Below the pieces are notes generated by a model. It did no database searches. It was not told the DNA's origin and worked only from the letters and a program-made list of their open reading frames with translations. This document shows, piece by piece, positions 25,353 through 37,500 of a stretch of DNA of 64,000 nucleotides (positions within the stretch are counted from its first letter, which is position 1; each line of letters opens with the position of its first letter). Origin of the DNA: Azolla caroliniana (lineage: Eukaryota > Plantae > Polypodiophyta); the NCBI GenBank assembly GCA_043228905.1, contig JBHGNT010000013.1, positions 20,336,001 to 20,400,000 on the forward strand. The letters run 5' to 3'. Both the position numbers and the translations under genes were made by a program.

Positions 25353-25856
25353 ATAAAAAGAGAGGAAGAAGACTGAGATAGGGATCCACGATTTGGAGAA
25401 CGAAGTGTTGCCGAACTGAGCTGTGCAGATTCTGTTTCCTCCATTCTCTATTTTCTATTTCTGTCGTCATGCTGTGAGACCTCTACTTCGCGTTGGTAGC
25501 TCATGTGATCCCGATCGGAGGCTTGTTAGTGTGCGTGTGAGTGTGGGGAGCTAGAAGCTCTGTTGCCGGTTGAGTCTATCTGTATTTCTATTATTCCCAG
25601 CTAATCGATCATTTTGTTGCTATCTAGGTCGCCTCACGTCGTTTAGTGTCTTTTTTTGTCTCTATTTATGCTCTTACCTCCGTCCCCTCCGCTTGCGTGC
25701 TTTGGTGGGACACCGAGCCCGTGCGCTCATCATCTGGCATCCGGAGACTAGTCCGGATCAGATACTTTCCGGCCTGCGCTCTGACGAAGTTATCTCGAAG
25801 ACGATCCAGATAATCCCTCTCCTCTTACCAGCACATCCACGCGGATATTCGTGACC
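25353..25856 (+). mobile_element. Truncated LTR-like fragment (family F)
   Basis: Shares GGATCCACGATTTG..GAAGTGTTG and a terminal CGTGACC with 32630-33107. Confidence 0.5.
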
Positions 25857-26699
25857 ACAGTTCCGACTTCGTTCATTTCGAGGATGAACATCCTCCCTTG
25901 TCGGTGCCCTTGTGCGATGACTTTGCCCTCTTCTTTGATGAAACACCCAAGGTGTGTGAACCGAACCTACATCCCTTGGTTGACAATCTATCCGACCGAC
26001 ACTAGGTTCTTTGTGATTGTTGGTACGTGCAAGACATTCATCAGCTTCCCTTTTTGTCCAATGTGGTTTAAGGGAGCTTCATCGATATGTTCTATCATAT
26101 GTGGGGTGTCGTCACTAGTTTTGACGACCCCAGTTATTCTGGTTTCTCTAGATACAAGAACCACTCCTCGTGGCTCGTCGTATGGTTTGACGCTCTGGAA
26201 TCAACATACCATACCTCGTTCTGTTTCGAGTTGCTCGTCTTCATTGAATTAGCCTTGTGCTTCATCACAAACCTTGGACCTAATCCATTTTTGGCTCCTC
26301 CTACGCCTTCGGCATAGTACGACTATTATTGATTTCCGTGTTCGGCTTTGCCAGATTCGGATTTGTCCGAATCGACGCGCTTCTTCCTCTACTCGCTCTT
26401 CTTGTGGCATTTCTTGCCACAATATCAGCATTCTGAGTCGGCCTTTGCTTGCCTATTTCCGGCGCAAGCTTGACTCCCCCTGTTTCTGGTGGGTCTGGAA
26501 TTGTTGTCAGCATTTCGATTATACCTTCAGTTTTGCTCCTGTCAGCTGCCTCCATTGCGAGCTGACCCGCCTCATCCCCCACGACAACGGGGCCTATCTT
26601 CCTCCATCTACTCGTCGACACACCCGAGTGGTTTTCTTGTACGAGCAACATTGATTGTAGCTTGAAAAATGAAGACGTATACTCCCTCGTGCGGACCGT
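25857..26699 (-). pseudogene. gag-pol: Copia A gag C-terminus and protease fragment
   Basis: FFKLQSMLLVQENH, C..CGKK.H, WYVDS..SNHT; homologous to 35600-36290. Confidence 0.85.
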
Positions 26700-29600
26700 T
26701 GTCTTGGAGAGTTCTGGTTGGAGGAAGAGAAAGGGGTTGTCATGAAGATTCATCACTAGGTGCGGATCGTGAGGCGGAACCACCAGGGTCCTGGACCGGA
26801 AGGATTCAAAGTTTGCACTAGCTTTAGTGAGAAAGTATTTAAGATAGGTTGAAAGAGAGAGAGATTAAGATAAAGATTGAACGCTTAACTTTAGATTTGA
26901 GAGACAAGATATATCAATAAGATAACGAGTTTTCTTATTATTTTCCCCCAAAATTTACATTCCAATTTTTTACATTATTCCCCACTTCCTTGATTCCTCA
27001 CATGGGGTTTTTTCCTTTCTTTTTTCTTTTCTTTTTTTTCGCAACTTCATACCCACATAACTTCACACTTAGTTGACCGTTTGTTATGTAGCAAAGTGCA
27101 TTCAAAAGCTCTTCAAGACCTCCATCTTTTCATACCAAGATATTAAACTTATTTTAAATAGTATCTTCACTATTATTGTTTTATATTTCGTGAGAAGAAC
27201 CACACTCGATTTCGTATGTTCCTCACACGTTTCACACTACTGTCGAAAATCTTCACAACATCCACCCCCACCAAACCACGCGTCCTCCGGTACGTGCCAA
27301 GAAGAAAGAGTGTGAGATTTCGGCTATGGTGATTAATCAAATTCTTCCACGTCCTCATTCACATCTATCGTATTATCTTCATCATCGAGGTGATCGAGGT
27401 CAGGATCCTCGTCTTGTCTTTTCTTGAAAATCTTTATTGTTTTCCCCGCAATGGGTACGGCCAACCTTGATCCTTCTAGCTCTACAAGCTGGTATGTGGC
27501 ATTATCATTGGCACTTGTCACCACATACGGTCTGAACCATCTTCTTGCGAACTTCCTTGTTGTACTGTGTTGATTGTCAAGGATGTTGTCGTAGACCAAT
27601 ACCCAATCTCCTTCTTCGATCTTCTTGGGACGCAGTCGATGCGTCTTATCGAACCGAATTTTGTTCTTCACTCGAGCTGCCTCCATCATCTTTCGTGCTT
27701 TTTCTAGATCTTCAGGTCTTCTTTCAAGTTGCCTTATTCGTGCCGCTAATAACTCTTCTCGGCTTATCTCATTCTCCCATGGTATCGCTACCCATGAGGC
27801 GATCTTCCTTTCGATGAGCATTACCGGCTTTTGTCCATACATAAGCTCTGTTGGCATATACCCTATCACCGAGGTGTGTGTCGTTCTGTTAGCCCACAAG
27901 GCATAGGGCAATAGTCGTGGCCAATTCCCGACTCGATCGTTGCATGCTCGTACGATGGCTTTGACGATAGGTCCATGCCCTCGCTCGATCTTCCCATTTG
28001 CTTTTGGATTGTAGGCAGTCGTGAGGGAGAGCTTCACGCGTAGTCGTTCGAAAAGCTTCGTTGCATCGTGTGCATCCAACTCCCCTCGGTTGGCGACTAT
28101 CTTTCCCACACATCCGAATAGGCAAACAACCTCTTCGAGTAGAAATTTGCAAACAGTCGACGTTGTCTTATTTGTCAAGGCCCGTCCTTCCACTTGATTT
28201 TTCAAGTCTTCTCTTGCCAGAGCTAAGTACTTCATTTGTCCCACTCCCATTGGCATTGAGACCAGATCCACCATCCATTTGAAGTGTATGGTAAGTGGGT
28301 ATGTCGGTCGTAGCTCATCACGAGGACGTATATTCGAATGTACATGGCATGTTTCGCATGTGGACCCAAAATTGAGTACATCTTTGTACATGCTTGGCCA
28401 CTAGTACTTCTCCTTCAACTTCTCGAACGTCGCCCATGTTCCTCTATGACTTGCCTAGGCACTCTCGTGGAATTCGGTTATTAGCGTCACTTGCTCTTCT
28501 TTATTCACCACCACTCGAAGTGGTATTCCTATCCTTCTTTTTGGGTGTCGCCAAAGGAATCCTCCCTTCAAGAAGTATTGGTAAGCCTTCTTCCGGATTC
28601 GTAGGGCCTCCTCCTTCGTCAACGAAGCATCCGTCATCATTGTTCTTAGGAATCCGTCGATTAGTAACCACTCCCCTTCGTACTCGTCCTCATTGAAGGC
28701 GTGGAGGGTTAGCATGCCCTTGTCTTCCACCGATAGTCAAGCCACCTTGAAGAAGTCGAGGGTGACGTCTTCATCTTCGGAAACCATGTCACCTTCATTC
28801 TCAAATCTTGCCCTTGACAGCATGCCAACCATGGTGTTCTTCTTTCCTGCAATGTGGCGGATCTTTGGGTTTAAAGATTTAATATAAGCGATCCACCTTA
28901 GCATAGCTAGATCTGGTGTCGCACATCCTGAGATCATCTCGAGGATTGGGAGACAATCTGTCTCAATTATCACTTCCGACCCGATCAGGTAGTCTTTGTC
29001 CGTCTTCACTGCTGACACAATACCCCAAAGTTCCCGCTTGACTTGGGCATATCCTCGTTGTCGTTCACTAAGAACCTTTGCTCCGAACTAGATGGCATAC
29101 CGCGCATTATCTTCTCCTTCTTGATTGATGACCCACCCAATTCCGGTTGGGCTCGTATCTACAGTCACATAAATCGGCTTCCCTTCGGTATAGTCGGCCT
29201 TTCTTAGCGTTGGAGCTTCAAGAAGTAGTTTTTTCAATCTTCGCATCACATTTGTATGCTCACTTTGCCATTTGAACTTCATTCTTTTCTTTAGTAGTCC
29301 ATATAATGGCTCGACAACATGAGCGTAGTGCGGAATCCAGATATGATAAAACGTGCATGCTCCAAGGAACCTTCGAACCTCCGTTTGGTTTACGCATTCT
29401 TCTTTCATGTCCTGGATCGCGTCCACCTTGGATGGCGAAGGCTTCCGGCCGTATGCTCCACACAAGTGACCTACCACCAAGATCTCCGGTTGCCCGAATG
29501 CGGATTTTTCTCCTGAAAATGTCAAATTCGCATCTTCAAGCCTTTGAAGCACCTTCTCGCAATCTTTCATATTATCCACGACGAACTTTCTACACCCTTC

Positions 29601-30212
29601 CTTATCTTTCGATTCATCTTTCTCCTCATCCGAACATCCTTTTATTGGAATATCATCCAAGAATGGCATCGTGATTTCTGGGATGCAATCCTTCAAGACC
29701 TTGTTCATGGCATTCACCATATGAGCCACCGAGTTCATTGCACCTTGAGGTAAGGTACACATCCGCACCAGCCCGATCGGAGTCCTCATGATCGTAATGT
29801 CACAACTGTCGATTGCCAACTAGAATTGGTCATATCCGGAGTAGAGATCGCCAACGGAGTAGATGGACCGACCCGCAAACACCTCGGCAAATTCGTCCAT
29901 GCTCGGACCAATTCCAGCATTTCGAATTGTCACCTTGTTGATGGGTTGAAGATCTTGGATGAATCACAATGATCCCTTCTTCTTCGGCACCGTGAAACAC
30001 CAATTAGAGTAAGGAGCATTCGATGGTTCCAAAATTCCCATATTCACCTTCTCCTTTAAGAGCTCGATCAGCTTCGGTAGATATGCTCTCGAAACTAGTA
30101 TCGGTTTCAAATTCCAAGGCACATGCGGCACCGTGAAGATTACCATCGGCTCTATCGTCCTTGGATCAGCACATCCGATTTCTCGTGGAAAAAATGTTAA
30201 AGCCTTACCATG

Positions 30213-30658
30213 TGTCATGATATGGCAAGACTCGAACCCATGTCCTTATTCTACATGGGTCGAACTCTGACCATTAGACTATGAATTGTAATTTGTAGGA
30301 TATTATTTTCATTTATGTTTTATCATAGAAAATTGATGTATATTCCAGATATCTCTGGAACATTCTAGAAGCTTCAGGCTTATTCCTAAAAACACTATAA
30401 AAGGAGGCACAAGGCATTGTTTTGAACCAAATTGGTTCAACGCCAGTCTTAAGCCTCTTAGCCGCTTTGTACTTATCTTTCACATAATATATTAGTTGTT
30501 GTCATCATCTTTCTCTCTCTCTCTCATTCTCGCTATCTCTCTCTCTCCTCTTCTCACTTCCTCTCTCGGGAGTCTTATGCAGTCCCATCCTCTTAGTACT
30601 AATAGTACTACTCTTCTTTAGTACTAATTCCATCTTTGTTTTAGTACTATTCCTGACA
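30213..30658 (+). mobile_element. Chromovirus solo LTR, variant C, with 5-bp TSD CCATG
   Basis: TGTCATGA...CCTGACA; CCATG at 30208-30212 and 30659-30663. Confidence 0.93.
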
Positions 30659-30815
30659 CCATGTCGCGAAACATTCACTCCTCTTCATCCGATTTCTCGT
30701 GGAAAAAATGTGAAAGCCTTCCCATGTCGCGAAACATTTTCTCCTCTTCATCCGTTTTCTCGTGGAAAAAATGTGAAAGCCTTCCCATGTCACGAAACAT
30801 TCGCTCCTCTTCAGG
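30659..30815. repeat. 63-bp tandem triplication in element G pol; one copy is split by the solo LTR
   Basis: CCATGTC starts at 30659, 30722 and 30785. Confidence 0.85.
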
Positions 30816-32415
30816 GAGAAGGAGATCCTCCCTTCCAACTCGTAGCTTCACCTTCGTCTCTTCGGTGAAGACATGACCTATTGTCTTCGGATCTCTTAAG
30901 CTTGGATCGTTCGCGACTTCCTTCATCTTTTGCCAGCTATCTTCCGGTAGTGGAACGGCAACTGGCTTGATCTTCCTATCCACCGTTTTATATTTTGTGT
31001 TGATGTTAGCTTCCTTCATCAAGATGTTTCGATGATATTCATCGATGATAGCGTACATGTTGATGGAGCTAACCGAAATCACGCGATGATCGTGTAGATA
31101 GCTCAAGTCTACGACATCCTCAATTTTGCCGATGGTGTCGTTAAATGAGGCTTCTTCCATAATATGAGTCACAAACTCTTCTTTTTCTATTATGTTTTCT
31201 TCTTTCAACATTTTCTCGAAGTCTTGTATCCGACGCTTGTCCTTCTTGTCGGGTATTACTAGTTTACTTGTGCCACTAGGTGTGACACATGTTGCTTCTC
31301 CTCGCAATCCACGCGCTCTACTCCCTTGTGGGGACTTGCGATCACTCGGACTATTTGTGCCCCATGCTTCAATAGTCTGCTCTAAAAATCCGGGGATTCG
31401 CCTCCAAGACTATCTCAATTTCTTTCATGATTAGCTCGCACCGTTAGGAATTGAACAGATCTTTTACGAGTTTTCTTACTATTTTCCCTTAAAATTTACA
31501 TTCCAATTTTTTACATTAGTCCCCACTTGCTTGATTCCTCCACTCTTTTATAGATGCCCCCATGCATATGGTGCATGTGAGGGTGCAAGACATGCACGGA
31601 ATGCATGCAATGCATGCTTGCCATGTCATCATCTAAGCTCTCATGTATGACAATTACATGTAAAAGTATAGTGATAAAAAATATATCCCTAAAGAAATGA
31701 TTTGGCTTAATGGTAAACCTTTAGACTCTCAACTTGGAGGTGCAATGTTCAAGTCTTGCATACATCCCTTTTAAAGCACAAAATACTATTAGGCTTTTGG
31801 TCTTGTAATTACACCAAATATCTTTAAGACACCATGCACCGCAATCAACCAATCCGTCCGATTTGCACCTGTTTGGTCCGCATCCCTAGCCGGTTTCGTT
31901 ACGGGCCGGTCACCGGTTGCCACTGTTGGTCGTCGAATGTCGGATGCAGGCCGCCACCTCGCCAGTTGCCGTCGGTCCGGTTTTGGTTGGCCAAAAATTT
32001 ACAAGTAGCTAGACCACACCCATTTTCTCATTTGATTAACTTAGTTCAAGTCACCTTGAACTCTCTATGCTCCACATAGAGACACAAGATAATAGCTTTT
32101 GGCTTTGCTTTATATATTGTAGGATCCTTGTTTGTCCTGTCTATGTGAGATATCTCACAGGTTTGTTTTTCTTTTCTTTTCTTTTCTTTTTTTTCGCAAC
32201 CTCATACCCACATAACTTCACACTTAGTTGACCATTTGTTTTGTAGCAAAGTGCATTCAAAAGCTCTTCAAGACCTCCATCTTTTTGTACCAAGATATTA
32301 AACTTATTTAAAATAGTATCTTCACTAGTATTGTTTTATATTTCATGAGAAGAACCACACTCGATTTCATATGTTCCTCACAAGTTTCACACTACCGCTG
32401 AAAATCTTCACAACA

Positions 32416-33110
32416 GCGCATGAACGGGGGCGCGCAAGGATGCACACGAAAATGTCGTTATGCACAAACATATGTAAATAGGAAAGAACTAGTAAGTACT
32501 AGGTAGTAGGATTTGATGGGTACTTTAATGCCCTATGAAAAGAAAAGAATAAAGCATGTGTGGCGAAGGAAACCGAGGGGGAATCCCTGACAGAATAGGT
32601 TGTCTTAAACATGATGTAATGGCCTCCCCTCGTGCTATAAAAGGGGGGGCTTTGAACTGTTTTGGGGATCCACGATTTGCGAGGACGAAGTGTTGTCGGT
32701 TTGAGTGTTGAGCTCTCTCTTTTCTCTCTTTGTCTTGTGCTCTGTGTGGACTCCAGGAAGAAGGTGAAACCTCTGCCCGTGTAGGAAGCCCCAAGCTCCC
32801 AGCCTAAGGTTCACCATCCTGAGTTTCTATGTGTGTGCTTGTTTTCGAGAGCGCGTAGCTCTGATACCGGGCAAGTTCAGTTGTACTCCTCTTTGCATAA
32901 TCTATTTCATTTCATTGTATCTAATTGCTCTCTCTGTGTTCCATACTTATCGCCATTCTGTCTCCGTCTGTGGCTCATGTTTACTTGAGTCCCGAACCCG
33001 CGTGCTTGTTTCTCGTTATCCCACGACCAGCCCCGAACAAAACATATCTTTGATCCTGCGCACTCATTGTCCGATGTCCAGGATCCAATCCGGATCGGGT
33101 ACGTGACCGT
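32416..33110 (+). mobile_element. LTR-like segment (family F)
   Basis: TATAAAA at ~32636, CT-rich tract, similarity to 25353-25856. Confidence 0.5.
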
Positions 33111-34573
33111 TGTCGCGATATTCCGCGAGTACGTGTAAGATCTTAGGCGGGACCGCGGGGGTCTCAGACTAGGGAGTAGAGGGGGAATGGAAGCTTAGCT
33201 TGAGAGGAGAGGAGAAAGAATAGGACATAAACATAGAATGGATGGAACAAGAAGATAGATGGAGGCAAGATACACAAGAAGTTATATTAAGACTTTGCGA
33301 ACGATTACAACCATGGCCGCCTAGGCTGCACCAAAATGACTACAAGAAAACCCTAACCGGATAAGTAAAGTAAAGAAGATGATGAAGAAGAAACCCTCGG
33401 CAAAATCCTAAACCCGAAATGTTATGAAGAAGAAGAAGAATAGTAAAACCCTAGACCAAACCCTAAAACGGAAATAGAAACCCTCGACCTAAGTGGTATA
33501 CCTCTCTCACTCAAAATAGGTAACCCGTTCACAAGTGACCTCTCCCTTCCTTTTATAGCCCAAGGAGGGAGGGGCCTTACAATGTGGGATAAATTTCCCC
33601 TCTTTATTCTATACACCATTTTACATTGTAAATGTGCACATGTTGCACACCGCTGACTTGCCCATTCCATCCCGGTTTCACACCATAGCCGGAAATCTTC
33701 ACGACATCCACCCCCACCACACCGCACATCCACCAGTATGTGCCAAGAGGAGAAGGGTGAGAGATTTCAGCTACGGTGATCAACCGGGTCCTCCGCCATC
33801 CCGGCACCCGACCTCCTTGTCGGCTCCTACTAACCCCGATCCGTCGAATCCATCCGACCCACCACGTCCACTGCGTGTCCCTGAACCACGGACTCCATCC
33901 GATCCACCATATCCGACGTTCGTGCCTTCCTCCTCGATCGATCCTCCCGAACGCCATTGTCGACCCGGTCTCTCTTCCTTTGTCCGTTGCATATGTCCTC
34001 CGGATGCTCTCTCGATCTCTCCAATTGCACACTAAATTCCACCCATCACATGCCGCGTATGTCCCTCTTCAATTCGATCATCTCCGTGTCCCAAACACCT
34101 CGGCATTCCCACTCTCTCTGCTCCACACTTGGCTTCCGTAGGCTCTTCCCGTGCATCGATGTTGTCCTCCGAATATGCGCTCGTTCTTTCGTCCTTACGT
34201 GACCTGATTACGCGCTCCTTGCTTATCCCTTGCTCGTCGTGGTCTCTCGCGGTAGAGCATACCTCCATCACGACATCCATGTCAGTGTACCCCTCTTCGG
34301 CGTCCTTTGCGGCTCTCATTACCGGTTCGTCTCGACTCGCGCCTTCTTGACTCGCTGGCTTGGCATGCACTCCGGAAAGCCGCGCTTCCTCTTCCCGGCA
34401 CGTAGCCCTTTGTTCTCCGAGAACCTCCTCTAGATTCCAAGACACATCCTTCCGCTCACGCCATCCATCCTTCGATCCCGGCACCTCACCGCTCTGTCCT
34501 CCGTCTCGTACTTGCCTCTCAAAGGCTCGATTAGACCGTTATCACCGGTCACTCGTTGCCGCTCTTCCAGGTG

Positions 34574-37500
34574 TGTTGAGTGGCAAGCTCAACTGGAGCC
34601 GAATTGGCTGAATAAGCCTAAGCCGGCAAGCGAGACGGATTGGTAAGCTATGAGCAACCGCACCGGCAAGCAACAGAGCCGGTGAGCTAGGGAGCCGGTT
34701 AGCTGGATCCAATCAGTAATCAGAAGCCTAGTATTAGTGTAGACTACTAGGCAATAATAGTCTCGTAGTAAGTGTCAGATGCTCGTGTGAGCATTGAAGT
34801 ACGCGGTACTTCTGTCAGTCCCATGAGGACTTGTATAAATAATGCTACTAAGCATAGTTGTATACACGGAGTGTTTTTATCGTTTTTGAATATAGCCTTG
34901 ACGTTCTGCTCTCTCTCTCTGTCTCTCCCGTGTACTCTGTGTATTCCCTACCTTCTCTATTTTCTAACGCTTCCGCAAGTAATCGTTCACATGGTATCAG
35001 AGCGCGAGGGTTGAGAACCTCTGCAGCCGACAAACGCTGGAAAGCAAACCCTAACAGGTCATAAAATAGCAGACAAAGAAGTGATGGATAGAGGGATGGC
35101 TAGCTCCCTTCCTGTGGAGAAACTCAACAGATCCAACTATGCATCTTGGTCGTATAAGATGGACCAGTACCTGCTTGGGCATGGCTACTGGAGTTTCGTC
35201 GAAGGAGCCAACGAAACAGCACCTAATGCGACACATAAGGACTTCCTAGTGTGGGAACAATCAGCAAGCAGAGTGATGTACTGCTTCGCGTCCAGTGTCG
35301 GAGACTAGCTGCTGAGCCACATCCAAGACGCCAAGACGTCGAAGGAGGCTTGGGGGAACCTGAAGAAGGTTTTCGCCGCGAGCACTACAGCCCGGAAGCT
35401 GCAACTCCGACAGGAGTTGAGCAATGTCCGACAGAAGGACATGTCGCTGGCGGATTACACGGCCCGGATCTCTTTATTACATGGCCCAGATCAAAGAGAT
35501 CTATGACTCACTTGCCTCTATCAACGTTACCGTAGAGGAAGACGAGATGGTACAGGTCTGTCTTGGGGCCCTGGAATCTAAGTTCAGGGCATTCCAAATG
35601 GCGGTGTGTACAAGGGAGAATACGCCGTCATTTTTCGACTTACAGTCGATGCTCCTTGTAAAGGAGAACCACGCTGGTGCGTCAACTAGCGCACCCACTG
35701 ACAGCCGGATGTTGTACACGGAGGCGGAACGGTCCCATGGGCGTGGTGGACGAGGCGGGTCGGCACGCAATGGAGGCGGCCGGCAAGACCAGGAACAAAG
35801 GCACAAAGAACATGCCGACAACAGTTCCGGACCCTCCGGGAGCAGGGGGAGTCATGGCAGCACCGGAAGACGGCAAGAGAAGACTGCAACGGAATGTTGG
35901 TACTGGTACAAGAGAATACTACAACAGAATGCTGGTACATGTGGTACTGCGTCGAACCACATGACGAGCCACAAAGAGTGGTTCTCCTTTTTGGAAAAAA
36001 CCGGATCAACCAGGAGTAGTCGAAACCGGATACGAAACTCCTCACCCAATCGTGCACGTCGTAGAAGTCCCTTTGAGCCACGTCGGACAGAAAGGGAAGC
36101 TGATGAACGTATTACACGTTCCGACAATCACGAAGAACCTGGTGTCGGTCGGACAGATCGTCGACCAGGGGATGCAGGTGCGGTTTACGCACCTCGGGTG
36201 CTTCATCGAGGAAGAGGGCCAGATTATTGCACAAGGGCGCAGAGACGGGAGGATGTATATCCTCGACACCAATGACATCGGCACCGCTCTGTTCGCAAAA
36301 GGATAGAAGGTCGAATCGGACATCGACCTGTGGCACAAGCGGATAGGCCACGTCAATTACCGGAGGCTTCAAGACCTGCAAACGAAACAAGTTGTTTTCG
36401 GTTTGCCGAAGTTTAGCGGCCGGAAGGCCCAACTATGTGAAGCCTGCCAACTCAGGAAGCAACACTGGCTTCCATTCCCCACTGAACGTAACTGGAGTCG
36501 TAACAAGCTCGACCTTATCCATTCGAATGTGTGGGGACCGGCACAGAATGTTAGTCTTGGCGAGAGTCGATATTTCGTCTCCTTCATCGACGACTATACG
36601 CGGCACACATGGATCTACCTCATTGAGCGGAAGAGTGAAGTCTTCGAGTGTTTCCGGATCTACCACATGGTGGAATGAGAAGGGGACGAAGAAGATGCCA
36701 GAATTCGGAACCGGCAACAATGAGTCGAATCGGTGTGCATCCGACTCCGCCAAGGAGAAAGGTGGATCTTCGGCGACGAAGACCGAACAGGCCAAAAAAG
36801 GCTAAACCGGGTAACGGTGAGTTACGCCGGTCCACCCGCCAGAAGGATCCCATCACGCGGTACAGGTACAATGAGTACATGGCGCATCACTATGCGTACA
36901 TGACTAAGGTGGCGGAAGTGCGTGAGCCGGAGAGCTACGCAGAAGGGGCCAAGGACGCAAATTGGCGTGCCGCTATGGAAGAAGAAATGCGGGCACTTGA
37001 TGTCAACAAGACATGGAACCTGGTTGACCCTCCTCATCACTGTAAACCGATCGGATGCAAGTGGATATACAAGGTAAAGTACAACGCTGACAGTTTTGTT
37101 AACCGGTATAAAGCCCGGTTAGTGGCGAAAGGATACGCGCAAACCCACGGAATCAACTACGACGAGACCTTCGCTCCGGTAGCGAAGATGACGACAGTTC
37201 GTGTGGTCCTGGCGGTTGCTGCAGCAAGGGGGTGGCATCTTCACCAGATGGATGTGAAGAATGCATTTCTTCAAGGTGATCTTGAAGAAGAAGTCTTTAT
37301 GACTCAGCCCCCTGGCTTTCAATCGGAGATGAACAAGTCGGCGGTATGCCGGTTGAAGAAGTCGTTGTATGGCCTGAAGCAAGCCCCTCGAGCTTGGAAT
37401 GCGAAGATCACGCACCGGTTGCGTAAGATGGGGTTTGTGGCCTCCAAATCGGACTCTTCGTTGTTCATCCGGCAAGGCTCAGCCGGTCCGGTATGTATAC

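Larger units (their letters stand above)
26700..32415 (-). mobile_element. Gypsy element G (RT-RH-IN, gag largely lost); 3' LTR ~26700-27260, 5' LTR remnant ~31465-32415
   Basis: DLYSGYDQF, TPIGLVRMCTLPQG.MNSV, FLDD, DTS, TDCLP, integrase ORF 27333..28391; both LTRs start TGTTGTGAAGATT on the minus strand; PPT GGTGGGGGTGGA. Confidence 0.85.
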
